In this document: positions 30,541 through 39,829 of the stretch, one piece after another
How the letters are laid out: each line of letters begins with the position of its first letter
Position numbering within the stretch: the first letter of the stretch is position 1
Assembly (NCBI GenBank): GCA_964291395.2
Contig: OZ219856.1
Span: 2,112,001-2,176,000, forward strand
Direction of reading: 5' to 3'
Length of the DNA stretch: 64,000 nucleotides
Source: Alphaproteobacteria bacterium
Lineage (GTDB): Bacteria; Pseudomonadota; Alphaproteobacteria; UBA2966
Position numbers and translations under genes: made by a program
Notes under the pieces: generated by a model
What the model saw: only the letters and a program-made list of their open reading frames with translations
Told to the model about the DNA's origin: nothing
Databases searched by the model: none

Positions 30541-31425
30541 ATGGCGCGCAAACTCCCGCCCCTCTATCCGCTGCGCACCTTCGAGGCGGCGGCACGCCAC
30601 CTCAACTTCACGAGGGCCGCAGAGGAATTGAGCCTCTCCCAGGCGGCGGTCAGCCAGCAGGTCAGATCACTGGAAGAATATCTGCAGACGCCGCTGTTCG
30701 TTCGGCGCGGCCGGCGGCTCGACCTGACCGAGGACGGACAAGGCTTGCTGCCGACCGTCCGCCGCGCGTTCGACGACATCGCTTCGGCGGTGGAGGCGTT
30801 GTCCGCGGCACGGCGCGGAGACCGCGTGAGTGTCGCGCTCGCGCCCCATTTCGCCGCCGCTTGGCTGACGCCTCGACTGGCCGGTTTCCTGGAGAGCAAT
30901 CCGGACATCGAGCTCAGGCTCATCCAGAGAATTCAAGATGTCGACTATGCCCGCGAGGGCATCGACCTGTCGGTCCGGTTCGGCGAAGCCCGGGACTGGC
31001 CCCGGCACGAAACCGAGCACCTCCTGAGCGCGCCCCTGACCCCGGTCTGCAGCCCCCAGTTGGCGGCGGCGTCGGGCGGCGTCAATGCGCCCGAGGACCT
31101 CGGCCGCTTCGTGCTCCTCGACGTGCCGAGATACAACCTCTGGGGCCAATGGACCAGGGCAACCGGCCGTGATCTGAATCTGCACGGTGGAACCCTGATC
31201 GACGACTACAACGTGCTGCTGCGCGCCGCCGTCGACGGCCAGGGCGTCGCCCTGGGCATCAAGGGGTTGATCGACGAATATCTGGAGTCGGGACGGCTGG
31301 TGCAGCCGTTCGAGGACTTCCACGAAACCGGCCTCGCCTATTTTCTGGTGTATCCCCGCAACGCGCTCCGCCGCCGGGAAGTCATCGCCTTCTACGACTG
31401 GTTGCGCGCGGCGGCGGCGGATTGA
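30541..31425 (+). CDS. LysR family regulator (GcvA-like)
   Basis: LPPLYPLRTFEAAARHLNFTRAAEELSLSQAAVSQQVRSLE N-terminal HTH. Confidence 0.93.
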   Translation: MARKLPPLYPLRTFEAAARHLNFTRAAEELSLSQAAVSQQVRSLEEYLQTPLFVRRGRRLDLTEDGQGLLPTVRRAFDDIASAVEALSAARRGDRVSVALAPHFAAAWLTPRLAGFLESNPDIELRLIQRIQDVDYAREGIDLSVRFGEARDWPRHETEHLLSAPLTPVCSPQLAAASGGVNAPEDLGRFVLLDVPRYNLWGQWTRATGRDLNLHGGTLIDDYNVLLRAAVDGQGVALGIKGLIDEYLESGRLVQPFEDFHETGLAYFLVYPRNALRRREVIAFYDWLRAAAAD

Positions 31426-31449
31426 GCCCGGGAGCGGGTTTCCCGGCGG

Positions 31450-31535
31450 CGATTCATCCCCGCGTGGGCGGGGAACATACTTCCTGTAGTCCGTTGATTT
31501 ATGGCGCGGATTGACGACGCGCAATCGCTACCGAC
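31450..31535 (-). CRISPR. Orphan type I-E-like leader plus a single 29-nt repeat (no array)
   Basis: Minus strand ATGTTCCCCGCCCACGCGGGGATGAATCG (31478..31450) resembles the I-E consensus GTGTTCCCCGC-N-GCGGGGAT-N-AACCG. It is preceded by an IHF-like AATCAACGGACTA and by GTCGGTAG about 50 nt upstream. Confidence 0.7.
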
Positions 31536-31713
31536 AGTTTCGGGCTTTGGGCCACCGTGTTCAGTGCTCCGTCGGCATCGGCGCAATGGGCGGACTTCGT
31601 CTCCTACTGAACTCCGCAGCTGCATGCGTCTCGGGGCAGGCCGGCGCACTGGGGGCAGGGATCGGGCCCGGGGGTGTGTCCGATTGTCTGTGTAAGCGGC
31701 GCCATGGGCGTTG

Positions 31714-31749
31714 CGCTTTCCGGCCTCAGCGCGCTGAGGCCGGAAAGCG
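31714..31749. repeat. Perfect 36-bp palindrome
   Basis: cgctttccggcctcagcg|cgctgaggccggaaagcg, no loop. Confidence 0.9.
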
Positions 31750-31860
31750 ATCTTCGAACAGGATCGCAAACTGCCCCATCGCGGCGGTCAGCGAGAACAG
31801 CGCGCCCGAGTACACCGGCTCCGGCGGTGCCAGGCGACTGGCTACCGACAGGGCGGGCCG

Positions 31861-32154
31861 TCAGGCCCGGTTGTGCCGTCCCCGCCGACGCCGCAGCCAC
31901 GCCTCCTGAGCCCGCAGGTCAGCGACGAGCACGGCATCGATCTCAGCGTTGATGTCCTCGCGTTGCCGATCCAGCTCCGCCCGCACGGCCGGATCGGACG
32001 TCGCATACAACCGCTTGGTCAGATCCGCGCGGGCCTCGATCCTGCGGTATTGGCGACACATTTTCTGGAGCGCCGCAGCCTCGCCGAGACGCTCGATCTC
32101 TCGGACCTCGAAGGCGGTGTGCTCGGCGGGGAGACCGAGGAGGACGCGGCTCAT
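31861..32154 (-). CDS. Hypothetical helical protein (97 aa)
   Basis: ATGA overlap with the upstream YdhR-like gene; charged, coiled-coil-like sequence. Confidence 0.55.
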   Translation of the reverse strand: MSRVLLGLPAEHTAFEVREIERLGEAAALQKMCRQYRRIEARADLTKRLYATSDPAVRAELDRQREDINAEIDAVLVADLRAQEAWLRRRRGRHNRA

Positions 32155-32471
32155 GGCGCGTCCGGTTGCAGCGCCTGCTCCAGCGCGTTGTCGACGATCA
32201 CCGGTGTCTCGAAGTACGAGATCCGGGGTTCCGCGCCGTAGCGCTCAGTGATGTACCGCTTCCAGGCGTCGTCGTAGAAGGCCTCTGCCGCCTCCCGGCT
32301 CTCCCAGAGGTAACAACCTCCGCCGATGCCGGTCGCGGCGTCGAAGAGATAGTACTTGCGAACGAGGCCGGCAAGGCCGCGGTACTTCGGGACGCTGCCC
32401 TCGTAGGCGTCGCGGGCCTGCTCGAGGGTAGTATCGTCCTTGAGCGGGAACTGGATGATAGCGGTGATCAT
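32151..32471 (-). CDS. YdhR-like dimeric alpha-beta barrel putative monooxygenase
   Basis: MITAIIQFPL, GLVRKYYL, GGGCYLWESREAAEAFY and FETPVIVDN motifs. Confidence 0.85.
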   Translation of the reverse strand: MITAIIQFPLKDDTTLEQARDAYEGSVPKYRGLAGLVRKYYLFDAATGIGGGCYLWESREAAEAFYDDAWKRYITERYGAEPRISYFETPVIVDNALEQALQPDAP

Positions 32472-32747
32472 GACCCTACTCCGGGGATTCGCATGAGTGG
32501 GCGCGAACTCTACCATGTGAACCGTCCCGATCGCCCCCCAGGGCGGCGGTAGTGGCGGGTACAGTCGCAGGGCATCCTGAGTGCCGCCGGGTATCATCTT
32601 ACAATAAAATGAAAATATTTCCTTGGATAAGGTTATATAAACAATAAAATAATTATTTTTATAATTTAATAGACGTAAATTTTATTTCCTGATAATATGA
32701 AAAATATTGCAGAAATATCCGATTTCCCAAAATAAAAGGATCCGCAA

Positions 32748-33098
32748 ATGAATACCCCCGAATGGCTGAGCCCCGGACTCAAGGGCGCAGCGGTGGGCGC
32801 AACCGTACTCGCGATCGTCGGTTTCACATGGGGCGGCTGGGTGACCAGTGGGACAGCCAAGGACATGGCCTCCGATCAGGCGCGGCACGCTGTCATCGCC
32901 GCCCTGGTACCAATCTGCCTCGAACAATCCAAACAAGACCCGAAGGTCGTGGAGACGCTCGCCGAGATCAAGGCGTCCAGCTACTACCAGCAGAGCGAAC
33001 TTCTCATGAACGCCGGATGGGCGACGATGCCCGGTTCAAGCGACCCCGATCGCAACGTCGCCATCGCCTGCCTGGCAAAACTCGCAGCCCAGCTGTAA
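32748..33098 (+). CDS. Conserved alphaproteobacterial hypothetical membrane-anchored protein
   Basis: PEWLSPGLKGAAVGA...IVGFTWGGWVT; two Cys; GWATMPG; RBS AAGGA. Confidence 0.75.
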   Translation: MNTPEWLSPGLKGAAVGATVLAIVGFTWGGWVTSGTAKDMASDQARHAVIAALVPICLEQSKQDPKVVETLAEIKASSYYQQSELLMNAGWATMPGSSDPDRNVAIACLAKLAAQL

Positions 33099-33181
33099 CT
33101 GTCCGGTTCGATCGTTCATGAGTTGTGGGAGCGGTGGTTCCTCACAAAAGTCAAACCCATTGCCCTGGCTCGGAGACAATC

Positions 33182-33280
33182 ATGACCCTGCAGAGAAAAA
33201 TAGGCGCCGGAAATTGGGCCATCGCCACGGTAGCCGCCATACTGGCAATTATCATCGCGATGGCATACTTCGTATCCTGA
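33182..33280 (+). CDS. Putative 32-aa single-TM peptide
   Basis: GGAGA RBS; MTLQRKIGAGNWAIATVAAILAIIIAMAYFVS; too short for the ORF track. Confidence 0.5.
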   Translation: MTLQRKIGAGNWAIATVAAILAIIIAMAYFVS

Positions 33281-33471
33281 CGCGAGGACGGCGGACCGCG
33301 GCCGTGCAACGCCCGTCTACCTCTCTTCAGGCCGCATCGTTTCTCTCACCCGTCCCGTCTTGTAAACCCCACCCGCGCGGATCTTCGCCTTGGTCTCTGA
33401 TGTACTGGCAGGTCCAGGCCGGACTCACCACTCCGCACGGTCTCATCGGACAGCGGAACAGGAGGCACGCC

Positions 33472-33693
33472 ATGAACGACGACGGGAGCTATTTGCCGTC
33501 CGACATGGAGCGGGGCAACCTCATGAAGGAGCGGGACTATACCCAGGGGCGCCTCGCCAAAAGCCGACTCCAGCCTTCCGCCGTGGCGGTCCTCCAGGAA
33601 CGGCTGGCCGCCATTGATAGGGCCATCAGTGCCCTGCCGCCGCCGCGCCTGAGGGTCGTCGAGGGCGGCAAAGACAAGGAGGAGACACCATGA
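33472..33693 (+). CDS. Hypothetical protein (73 aa)
   Basis: Strong AGGAGG RBS; ends in LRVVEGGK; coupled to the next ORF. Confidence 0.6.
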   Translation: MNDDGSYLPSDMERGNLMKERDYTQGRLAKSRLQPSAVAVLQERLAAIDRAISALPPPRLRVVEGGKDKEETP

Positions 33694-33833
33694 GCATGGA
33701 CGCCTTCAACGTCTGGCACCTGGTGATCATCGGTGGCCCGCTCATCCTATGCATCGTTGCCATCAGCCTTTACATCGCGCCGCGATCGCGGCGGCGGCAA
33801 TTCCGGAGACGGCGCCTGCGCCGTCTAACTTGA
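33690..33833 (+). CDS. Putative 47-aa TM peptide with Arg-rich tail
   Basis: AGGAGGAG RBS and ATGA overlap; MSMDAFNVWHLVIIGGPLILCIVAISLYIAPRSRRRQFRRRRLRRLT. Confidence 0.55.
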   Translation: MSMDAFNVWHLVIIGGPLILCIVAISLYIAPRSRRRQFRRRRLRRLT

Positions 33834-34216
33834 CGCCGGAAGGACCATGACGGTGGCGTAGAAAACCGAGAACGTCTTGCACACGCGTATTTTGCGTGTA
33901 TGGTCCGCGCAACGTCGCCAAGTCGTTGTTGCTTACATGATTGTCCGCACAAGCGGACGGCCAGGTTTCTTCCCCGACATTGTGAACGTTCCCAAGGGGT
34001 GCCGCATGGGGCGGCACTTCGCTCAACTGTCGTGAAACCCAACCGGGACGACCGCATTGTCTCGCGATTGACTACGTGAAGCATCGCTCCCGGGCAGCAC
34101 CATGCCCCGGAACTAGTTGCCAACATCAACCACCGTTTGGGCACGCCTGGGATAAGGCGAAACGCCATGGCGGGACTGTGTCGTCCAGGCCATCCGTCGC
34201 ACAAGGACACCACCAA

Positions 34217-35527
34217 GTGACAACAAGTACTTTCTCGAACCTCGATCTGGTCGATCCGATACAGCGTGCATTGACTGCCAGGAGCCACATCGTCCCAACG
34301 CCCATTCAGGCGCGAGCAATCCCTGAACTTCTCGCCGGAAGAGATATGCTGGGCATCGCCCAGACCGGCACCGGCAAGACGGCGGCCTTCGCGCTTCCCA
34401 TTCTCCAGCAGCTTTCCCAAAGGCACGGGCAGAGGCGAACGCGCAGCTTGCGGGCCTTGATCCTTGCACCGACTCGCGAGCTCGCGATCCAGATCGGTGA
34501 AGAGTTTCACGGCTACGGCAAGCATCTGAATTTACGCCAAGCCGTAATCTTCGGTGGCGTCAGCCAGAAACCTCAAGTCGGCGCACTGTCCCGCGGCATC
34601 GACATCCTCATCGCGACCCCCGGGCGCCTGCTCGATCTCCTGGGCCAGCAGCGGCTTGGGCTTGAGGCCATCGAGTTCTTCGTCCTCGACGAGGCCGACC
34701 GAATGCTCGACATGGGCTTCGTTCGCGACGTTCGGAAAATCATCGGTGCCTTACCCAAGAGGCGCCAGTCGCTGCTTTTTTCCGCCACAATGCCGGATGA
34801 AATCGCACGCCTTTCGGGAGAGATCCTGGTCGATCCGGTCCGCGTCGAGGTGACACCCCAGGCCACGCCGGTCGAGCGTGTCGACCAAGGCGTCTATCAT
34901 GTCGTTGCCGGCAACAAGCCGGCCTTGCTCGCCAGCATCCTGGCCAACCCCACGCTGGCGCGAGTGATCGTGTTCACACGTACCAAACACCGGGCCAACC
35001 GTGTTGCCAAGCAACTTGCCAAATGCGGTATCGCCGCCGAGGCCATCCATGGCAACAAGTCTCAGGGCGCTCGCCAACGCGCCCTCGCACGGTTCCGCGC
35101 CGGTGCTGTGCGGGTTCTGGTTGCAACCGATATCGCCGCCCGGGGCATCGATGTCGACAGCGTCAGCCATGTCATCAATTATGAGCTTCCAAATGAGCCG
35201 GAAAGCTACATTCATCGTATCGGCCGGACGGCGCGAGCGGGTGCGTGCGGGACCGCGCTCTCGTTCTGCGATCCTTCGGAGCGTACCTACCTGCACGACA
35301 TCGAGCGACTGATCCGGCATCGCCTGACCGTCATCACTGAGGAGCTGGCCGTGACACCGCTCGACCGGCGCGGCAAGGTCGGGCAGCCGGATAAAGAGCA
35401 TCGTCGCAGGCGCGGCCGCCCCGTCGCCAAGGTCGCCATGGCAGGCGGTCCACCAGCCCAGGCCCGACGGCGCAAGCGGGCTGTCCCACCGAGATATCGC
35501 ACAAAGCCTCAACGCCCTGCCGCATGA
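34217..35527 (+). CDS. DEAD-box RNA helicase (RhlE-like)
   Basis: AQTGTGKT, PTRELA, DEAD, SAT and HRIGRTAR motifs; basic C-terminal tail. Confidence 0.95.
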   Translation: MTTSTFSNLDLVDPIQRALTARSHIVPTPIQARAIPELLAGRDMLGIAQTGTGKTAAFALPILQQLSQRHGQRRTRSLRALILAPTRELAIQIGEEFHGYGKHLNLRQAVIFGGVSQKPQVGALSRGIDILIATPGRLLDLLGQQRLGLEAIEFFVLDEADRMLDMGFVRDVRKIIGALPKRRQSLLFSATMPDEIARLSGEILVDPVRVEVTPQATPVERVDQGVYHVVAGNKPALLASILANPTLARVIVFTRTKHRANRVAKQLAKCGIAAEAIHGNKSQGARQRALARFRAGAVRVLVATDIAARGIDVDSVSHVINYELPNEPESYIHRIGRTARAGACGTALSFCDPSERTYLHDIERLIRHRLTVITEELAVTPLDRRGKVGQPDKEHRRRRGRPVAKVAMAGGPPAQARRRKRAVPPRYRTKPQRPAA

Positions 35528-35585
35528 TTCGCTCTCCCAAGGGGACAAAAATACTGTCGGGCCAGCCTCGCGGAAGCGGCACGTG

Positions 35586-35915
35586 TCAGGCAGAGAGTTC
35601 ATCGGCACGAAGAGACGAAGCCTGCGCTGTAAGAAAGGGGGCCGACGTATAGGGGGCGGATGATGGTCGTCCACCGCCGGCGATCACCTCGCGTTCGTCA
35701 AGTGTCGTTCCAAATGCGTGTCCTCGTGCATTCTTGAGGACCACGCGATTTGCCCTCTCGGTCTCAGGCCGCCATACACGCAGTGTCTCGCCGCCTATCG
35801 TCGGGTGCTCCGACTTCGACCGTTCGATCCTGGTGCGCAGTTTCTTGTGGCGTCTCGTCCGGTACCTCCGCCCCGGCGGCCGCACGTTTTCACAAAGGAC
35901 ATTGAACTGAGCCAC
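35586..35915 (-). pseudogene. Fragment of a conserved hypothetical (possibly HNH-type) gene
   Basis: Protein-like stretch LRTRIERSKSEHPTIGGETLRVWRPETERANRVVLKNARGHAF within unrelated sequence; family recalled from memory only. Confidence 0.3.
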
Positions 35916-36105
35916 TCTTGCCCGTCGGGTATTCGGAGTGATTTCCCTACCGTAGGCAAGTTGATTGGGACCATCTGCATCAGCGTGACGCCGCAGGGTC
36001 TCATCTCATTTTTCTCTCGTTGATCGATGCTCGTCGACCGCCAGGCCGGCGAGCAAGAGTATAAGCATGTCTTCGTGACCGATCAGACCAAGAGGGAGAC
36101 GCCCC

Positions 36106-36325
36106 ATGACACAGCCTCGCCAACGCATGGTCAACGACATGACCGTCCGCGGCCTCGCCGACCCGGGCCCTGCTGGACGGGATCGACGTCTCGACAATGG
36201 TCGGTCTGCGCGACCGGGCCTTCCTGGGCGTTCTGGTCTACAGCTTCGCGCGGGTGAGCGCTGCGGTGTCGCTTCGGGTGCCCGAGGAGATCTCGCTCGA
36301 CGAGATCGAGCGCATCCACATCTGA
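36106..36325 (+). pseudogene. Chimeric, internally deleted tyrosine recombinase remnant
   Basis: MTQPRQRMVNDMTVRGLA (integrase-type N-terminus) followed in another frame from 36161 by TRALLDGIDVSTMVGLRDRAFLGVLVYSFARVSAAVSLRV-PEEISLDEIERIHI*; the HxxR and catalytic Tyr region is missing. Confidence 0.8.
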
Positions 36326-36366
36326 GCGGCAAGCCCCGCCCAAGGTTTTATTATTCAGAGCAGAAG
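36310..36366 (+). repeat. 57-bp dispersed direct repeat, copy A (copy B at 46419..46475)
   Basis: 52/57 identical; includes the recombinase last codons (RIHI*) and CCCAA-GGTTTT(A/G)-TTAT(T/G)CAGA. Confidence 0.9.
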
Positions 36367-36454
36367 AAATCGGTATTTCATTTTATGACGGGCCGCTACC
36401 AAATCCGGGTACGCATGCATCAGCCGACACTTCATCGTGCCTGGAGAAGCCGCC

Positions 36455-37180
36455 ATGAGCCAACCGCAAACCAACGCTCCGGAAGCCGGGAAGTCAGGGG
36501 GGAAACCGGATTCGCAGGACCCGCCGCGCACGTTGAGGCTGGCCGAAGAGATCATGCTCCTCCTTCTCGATGAGGCAGGAGGCGCCTTCACCCGGATGCC
36601 GGCACTGCAGCGTGACTATGCGCTGGCCGGCTCGGTTGTGTTGGACCTCACTCTGGAATCGCGAATAGACACCGATCCCGAGCGGCTTTTCGTGCTCGAC
36701 CCGGAGCCGGTCGGGGACGATCTGCTCGATCCCATGCTGGCCCGCATCGTGCAATCCTCCGAGACCCACGACGCCGGTCACTGGATCCGGCAAGCGGTCA
36801 CGCAGGCGAACGACGCTTTGGAGCGTTCCGCCGGACGTCTCGTCGAGCGCGGCATCCTGGACAGGAAGGAACGCCGCTTCCTGGGAATACGCCGGCGACC
36901 CCGATACGCGATCGCCGATGCCACGGCGGCCGGAGAGCCGCAGCGGAGAATCCTGAGAATCCTGTCCGACACTGATATTCCGGACGTGCGGAGCATCGTT
37001 CTCATATCCTTGGCGGATGGCTGCGGCATTCTCGAGAACCTGCTGTCCGACCGGGAATTCCGTTCGGCGGCCGTGCGGATCAATCAAATCCGCAATCTGG
37101 ATCTGGTCGGCCAATCCGTGTCCAAGATGCTGGGTGCGATCGGGGCGGTATTGGCCACCCTCGCGACACCGACACTGTGA
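36455..37180 (+). CDS. GPP34/GOLPH3-family protein
   Basis: LRLAEEIMLLLLDE, YALAGSVVLDL and LVERGIL motifs. Confidence 0.8.
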   Translation: MSQPQTNAPEAGKSGGKPDSQDPPRTLRLAEEIMLLLLDEAGGAFTRMPALQRDYALAGSVVLDLTLESRIDTDPERLFVLDPEPVGDDLLDPMLARIVQSSETHDAGHWIRQAVTQANDALERSAGRLVERGILDRKERRFLGIRRRPRYAIADATAAGEPQRRILRILSDTDIPDVRSIVLISLADGCGILENLLSDREFRSAAVRINQIRNLDLVGQSVSKMLGAIGAVLATLATPTL

Positions 37181-37204
37181 GCTTGACGTTTGGGGGTGGC
37201 GACC

Positions 37205-38089
37205 ATGAGCGGGCGGGCGGCGGTCTTGATGGCACCACTGGTGCTGGCACTACTCCCGTCATGGATGCCGGATCCGGCGGGGGCCGGTGTCCTGGACCGG
37301 CTCGCCGAGGAGGGCGTGATGCGCGCCGGCACGAGGGCCAGTGCGGCGCCCTTCGCCCAGAAGACGGCGGCCGGGACGTTCGAGGGTTTCTCCGTCGACC
37401 TGCTCCATGAGTTCCGGGCGGCCGCGGAGAAGACGGTCGGCCGTCCCGTCCGCCTGGAACTCTTCGAAGTGACCCCGGCGGACCGGTTGCAGCGCGTCGC
37501 CTCGCAGGAGCTCGACATCGTATGCGGCATCACCACGCCGACCTGGGACCGGGAGCAACTGGTTGATTTCTCGCTTCCGTTCTTCCGCGACGGCACCCGC
37601 GTCATGATGTACCGCAAGCAGGCGTCCCGCGGGCTCGACCTCAACCGGCTGACGATCGGCGTGGTCGAGGGCACCACCACCGTAGGCATCCTGAAGGACA
37701 CGGCTCCGGCAGCCATCCTGCGCCTCTATCCGGATATGGGCCAGGCGATGCGTGGTCTGGAGACGGCGGAGGTGCACGGCATCGCCAATGTCGGTGTGGT
37801 GCTGCTCGGGCTTGCCGCTCGGGCCGAGCCGCGGCGCAGCGTTGTGCTGATGCCGAGGGCAGCCTTTCTGGCGGCGGAGTTTCTGGCCTGTGTCCTGCCG
37901 CAGGATGACAGTCCCTGGCGGGACTTCATCAACCGGAACCTGGTCGGCATGTTCGCCCATGGGGGCGGTTCCGGGGGACGCTACCAGGAAATCTATGATC
38001 GCTGGTTCGGTCGGGACAGCGCGGTCTTCTATCCGCTTGACCTGACCACACGGGACTATCTGAGGAACGTCTCGATCTGGACGTACTGA
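37205..38089 (+). CDS. Polar amino acid ABC substrate-binding protein
   Basis: APFA, GFSVDL, DIVCGITTPTWDREQLVDFSLPFF and IYDRWFG motifs. Confidence 0.88.
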   Translation: MSGRAAVLMAPLVLALLPSWMPDPAGAGVLDRLAEEGVMRAGTRASAAPFAQKTAAGTFEGFSVDLLHEFRAAAEKTVGRPVRLELFEVTPADRLQRVASQELDIVCGITTPTWDREQLVDFSLPFFRDGTRVMMYRKQASRGLDLNRLTIGVVEGTTTVGILKDTAPAAILRLYPDMGQAMRGLETAEVHGIANVGVVLLGLAARAEPRRSVVLMPRAAFLAAEFLACVLPQDDSPWRDFINRNLVGMFAHGGGSGGRYQEIYDRWFGRDSAVFYPLDLTTRDYLRNVSIWTY

Positions 38090-38203
38090 GATTTTGGCGA
38101 TCGCGGATATGCCGGCCTTATAATCGTGTCGTCCGTTTTCCGCGTCTTCGTACCGTCCAGGCGAAGCGTGGCTTCGATGCTTTGGTGGAGTCGGGAGACT
38201 CGC

Positions 38204-39829
38204 ATGACATCGCGGGACTGGAAACCGGTCCGGATCCCCGGCCGGCGAGGTCTGCAACTGCTCGTTTTGCTTGCGTCGGCCGTCTGGCTTTGCAGCGCCG
38301 GCCCGGCCGTGGCCGACCGGCTCGAGGAGATCCGAGAGCGCGGCCATCTGATCGCCGGGGTCAAGGCCGACTACCGGCCCTTCGGCTTCCGCGACGCCGA
38401 TGGAAACCTGATCGGCTACGACGTCGACGTCGCCCGCGCCTTCGCCGAAGCCATCGGCGTCTCGCTGCGGTTGACGCCGGTGACCAGCGCCAACCGCCTG
38501 CAGAAACTGCAGCGCGGCGAGGTCGACATCGTCGTCGCCACACTGGGCGACACCCGCAGCCGCCGCGAACTCGTCCAAATGGTCGAGCCACAGTACTACG
38601 GCGACGGCGCCAACGTCCTGTTGCGTCCGGATGCGGGGATCTCGGATTGGGCGGACCTGCGGGGCCGCACCCTGTGCAGCATCCAGGGCTCGTTGTGGAA
38701 TCGCCTCGCCCGCGAACGGCTCCTGGTCGAGACGCTAGCCCTCAAGACCACGCGCGAGGCCGCGCTCGCCCTGCGCAACGGGCACTGCATCGGCTGGCTG
38801 TACGACGAGGTCAACCTGCTGAACGAGCTGGAGAGCGGCGAGTGGGAGGGCTATGGCGTCTCGCTGCCGACGCGCTTCGTGCTGCCGTGGGCGGTCGCCA
38901 TCGCCAAGGAGGCGGCGGGCAGCCGCTTCGACCGGCTGCTCGGCAACATTCTCGCCTTGTGGCATCGGGACGGATTTCTGCAGGAACTGGAGAAGCGGTG
39001 GGAGTTGCCTCCCTCGCCCTATCTGCGGCGGGCCCGGTTGACCTGGCAGGAGACCGACGAGGCCGGCGATCTCGTCTGCCGGCGCGACGGGGACGGACAA
39101 TGGCCGCTCGCATGCCGCGAGGTCGCGCTGGTCGCCGGCGGCGAGCTCGGCGGCATTTCGGGCGTCTCCCTGACGTTGATGGAAGCGACCGGTCTCGACG
39201 TCAGTGTGCTCTACGATCCCCTGGATCGAGACGTCTTTCTCCGTGGCCTGGCCCTGACGGTGGCGCTGTCGATCGCCACGGTGGCGGGCGGTATCGGGCT
39301 CGGCATCGCGTTCGGATGGTTGATGCACCGGCGCGTGCGGCTCCTTGGCGCTCTGCTGCAGGCCTTCTGTGCCGTGTTGCGCATGACGCCGCCGCTCCTG
39401 CAGCTCTATATCGTCTTCTTCGGGTTTGGCGGCGTCATCCTGGCGCTCGGCTTCACGCTCGACGCGTTCACGGTCGCAGCCTTGGTCTTGTCGCTCTACG
39501 CCGCCGCCAGCAATGCCGCGGCGTTCGCCCTGGCGGCGGACGTGGCGGCCGGCGAGGGCGGCCGATTGGGTTTCAGGATCGCCGAGATCCGCCACGCCTT
39601 CGGGCTATGCCACGCCGCGGTGATGGGCAATTCGGTCAACATCGTCAAGGCGACCGGCATGGCCAGCACTCTGGCACTGCCCGAACTGGTGCACGCCAGC
39701 ACCGCCATCGTGGCCGAGAAAGGCAACGATGGCGTGATGATGAACCTGCTGCTGGTCTGCTACTTCGTGCTGGTCATCGTCACGGTCCAGGTCTTCCGCC
39801 TGTGGGAGCGGCGGGGTCGTACGCCATGA
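38204..39829 (+). CDS. Fused amino acid substrate-binding protein + permease
   Basis: N-terminal GVKADYRPFGF SBP domain; C-terminal TM domain with RMTPPLLQL. Confidence 0.88.
   Translation: MTSRDWKPVRIPGRRGLQLLVLLASAVWLCSAGPAVADRLEEIRERGHLIAGVKADYRPFGFRDADGNLIGYDVDVARAFAEAIGVSLRLTPVTSANRLQKLQRGEVDIVVATLGDTRSRRELVQMVEPQYYGDGANVLLRPDAGISDWADLRGRTLCSIQGSLWNRLARERLLVETLALKTTREAALALRNGHCIGWLYDEVNLLNELESGEWEGYGVSLPTRFVLPWAVAIAKEAAGSRFDRLLGNILALWHRDGFLQELEKRWELPPSPYLRRARLTWQETDEAGDLVCRRDGDGQWPLACREVALVAGGELGGISGVSLTLMEATGLDVSVLYDPLDRDVFLRGLALTVALSIATVAGGIGLGIAFGWLMHRRVRLLGALLQAFCAVLRMTPPLLQLYIVFFGFGGVILALGFTLDAFTVAALVLSLYAAASNAAAFALAADVAAGEGGRLGFRIAEIRHAFGLCHAAVMGNSVNIVKATGMASTLALPELVHASTAIVAEKGNDGVMMNLLLVCYFVLVIVTVQVFRLWERRGRTP

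Noticed and set aside
38104-38126. GATAT-N7-TTATAAT resembling the dif-like dyad
   Set aside because: Better explained as a TATAAT -10 box between two linked ABC genes.
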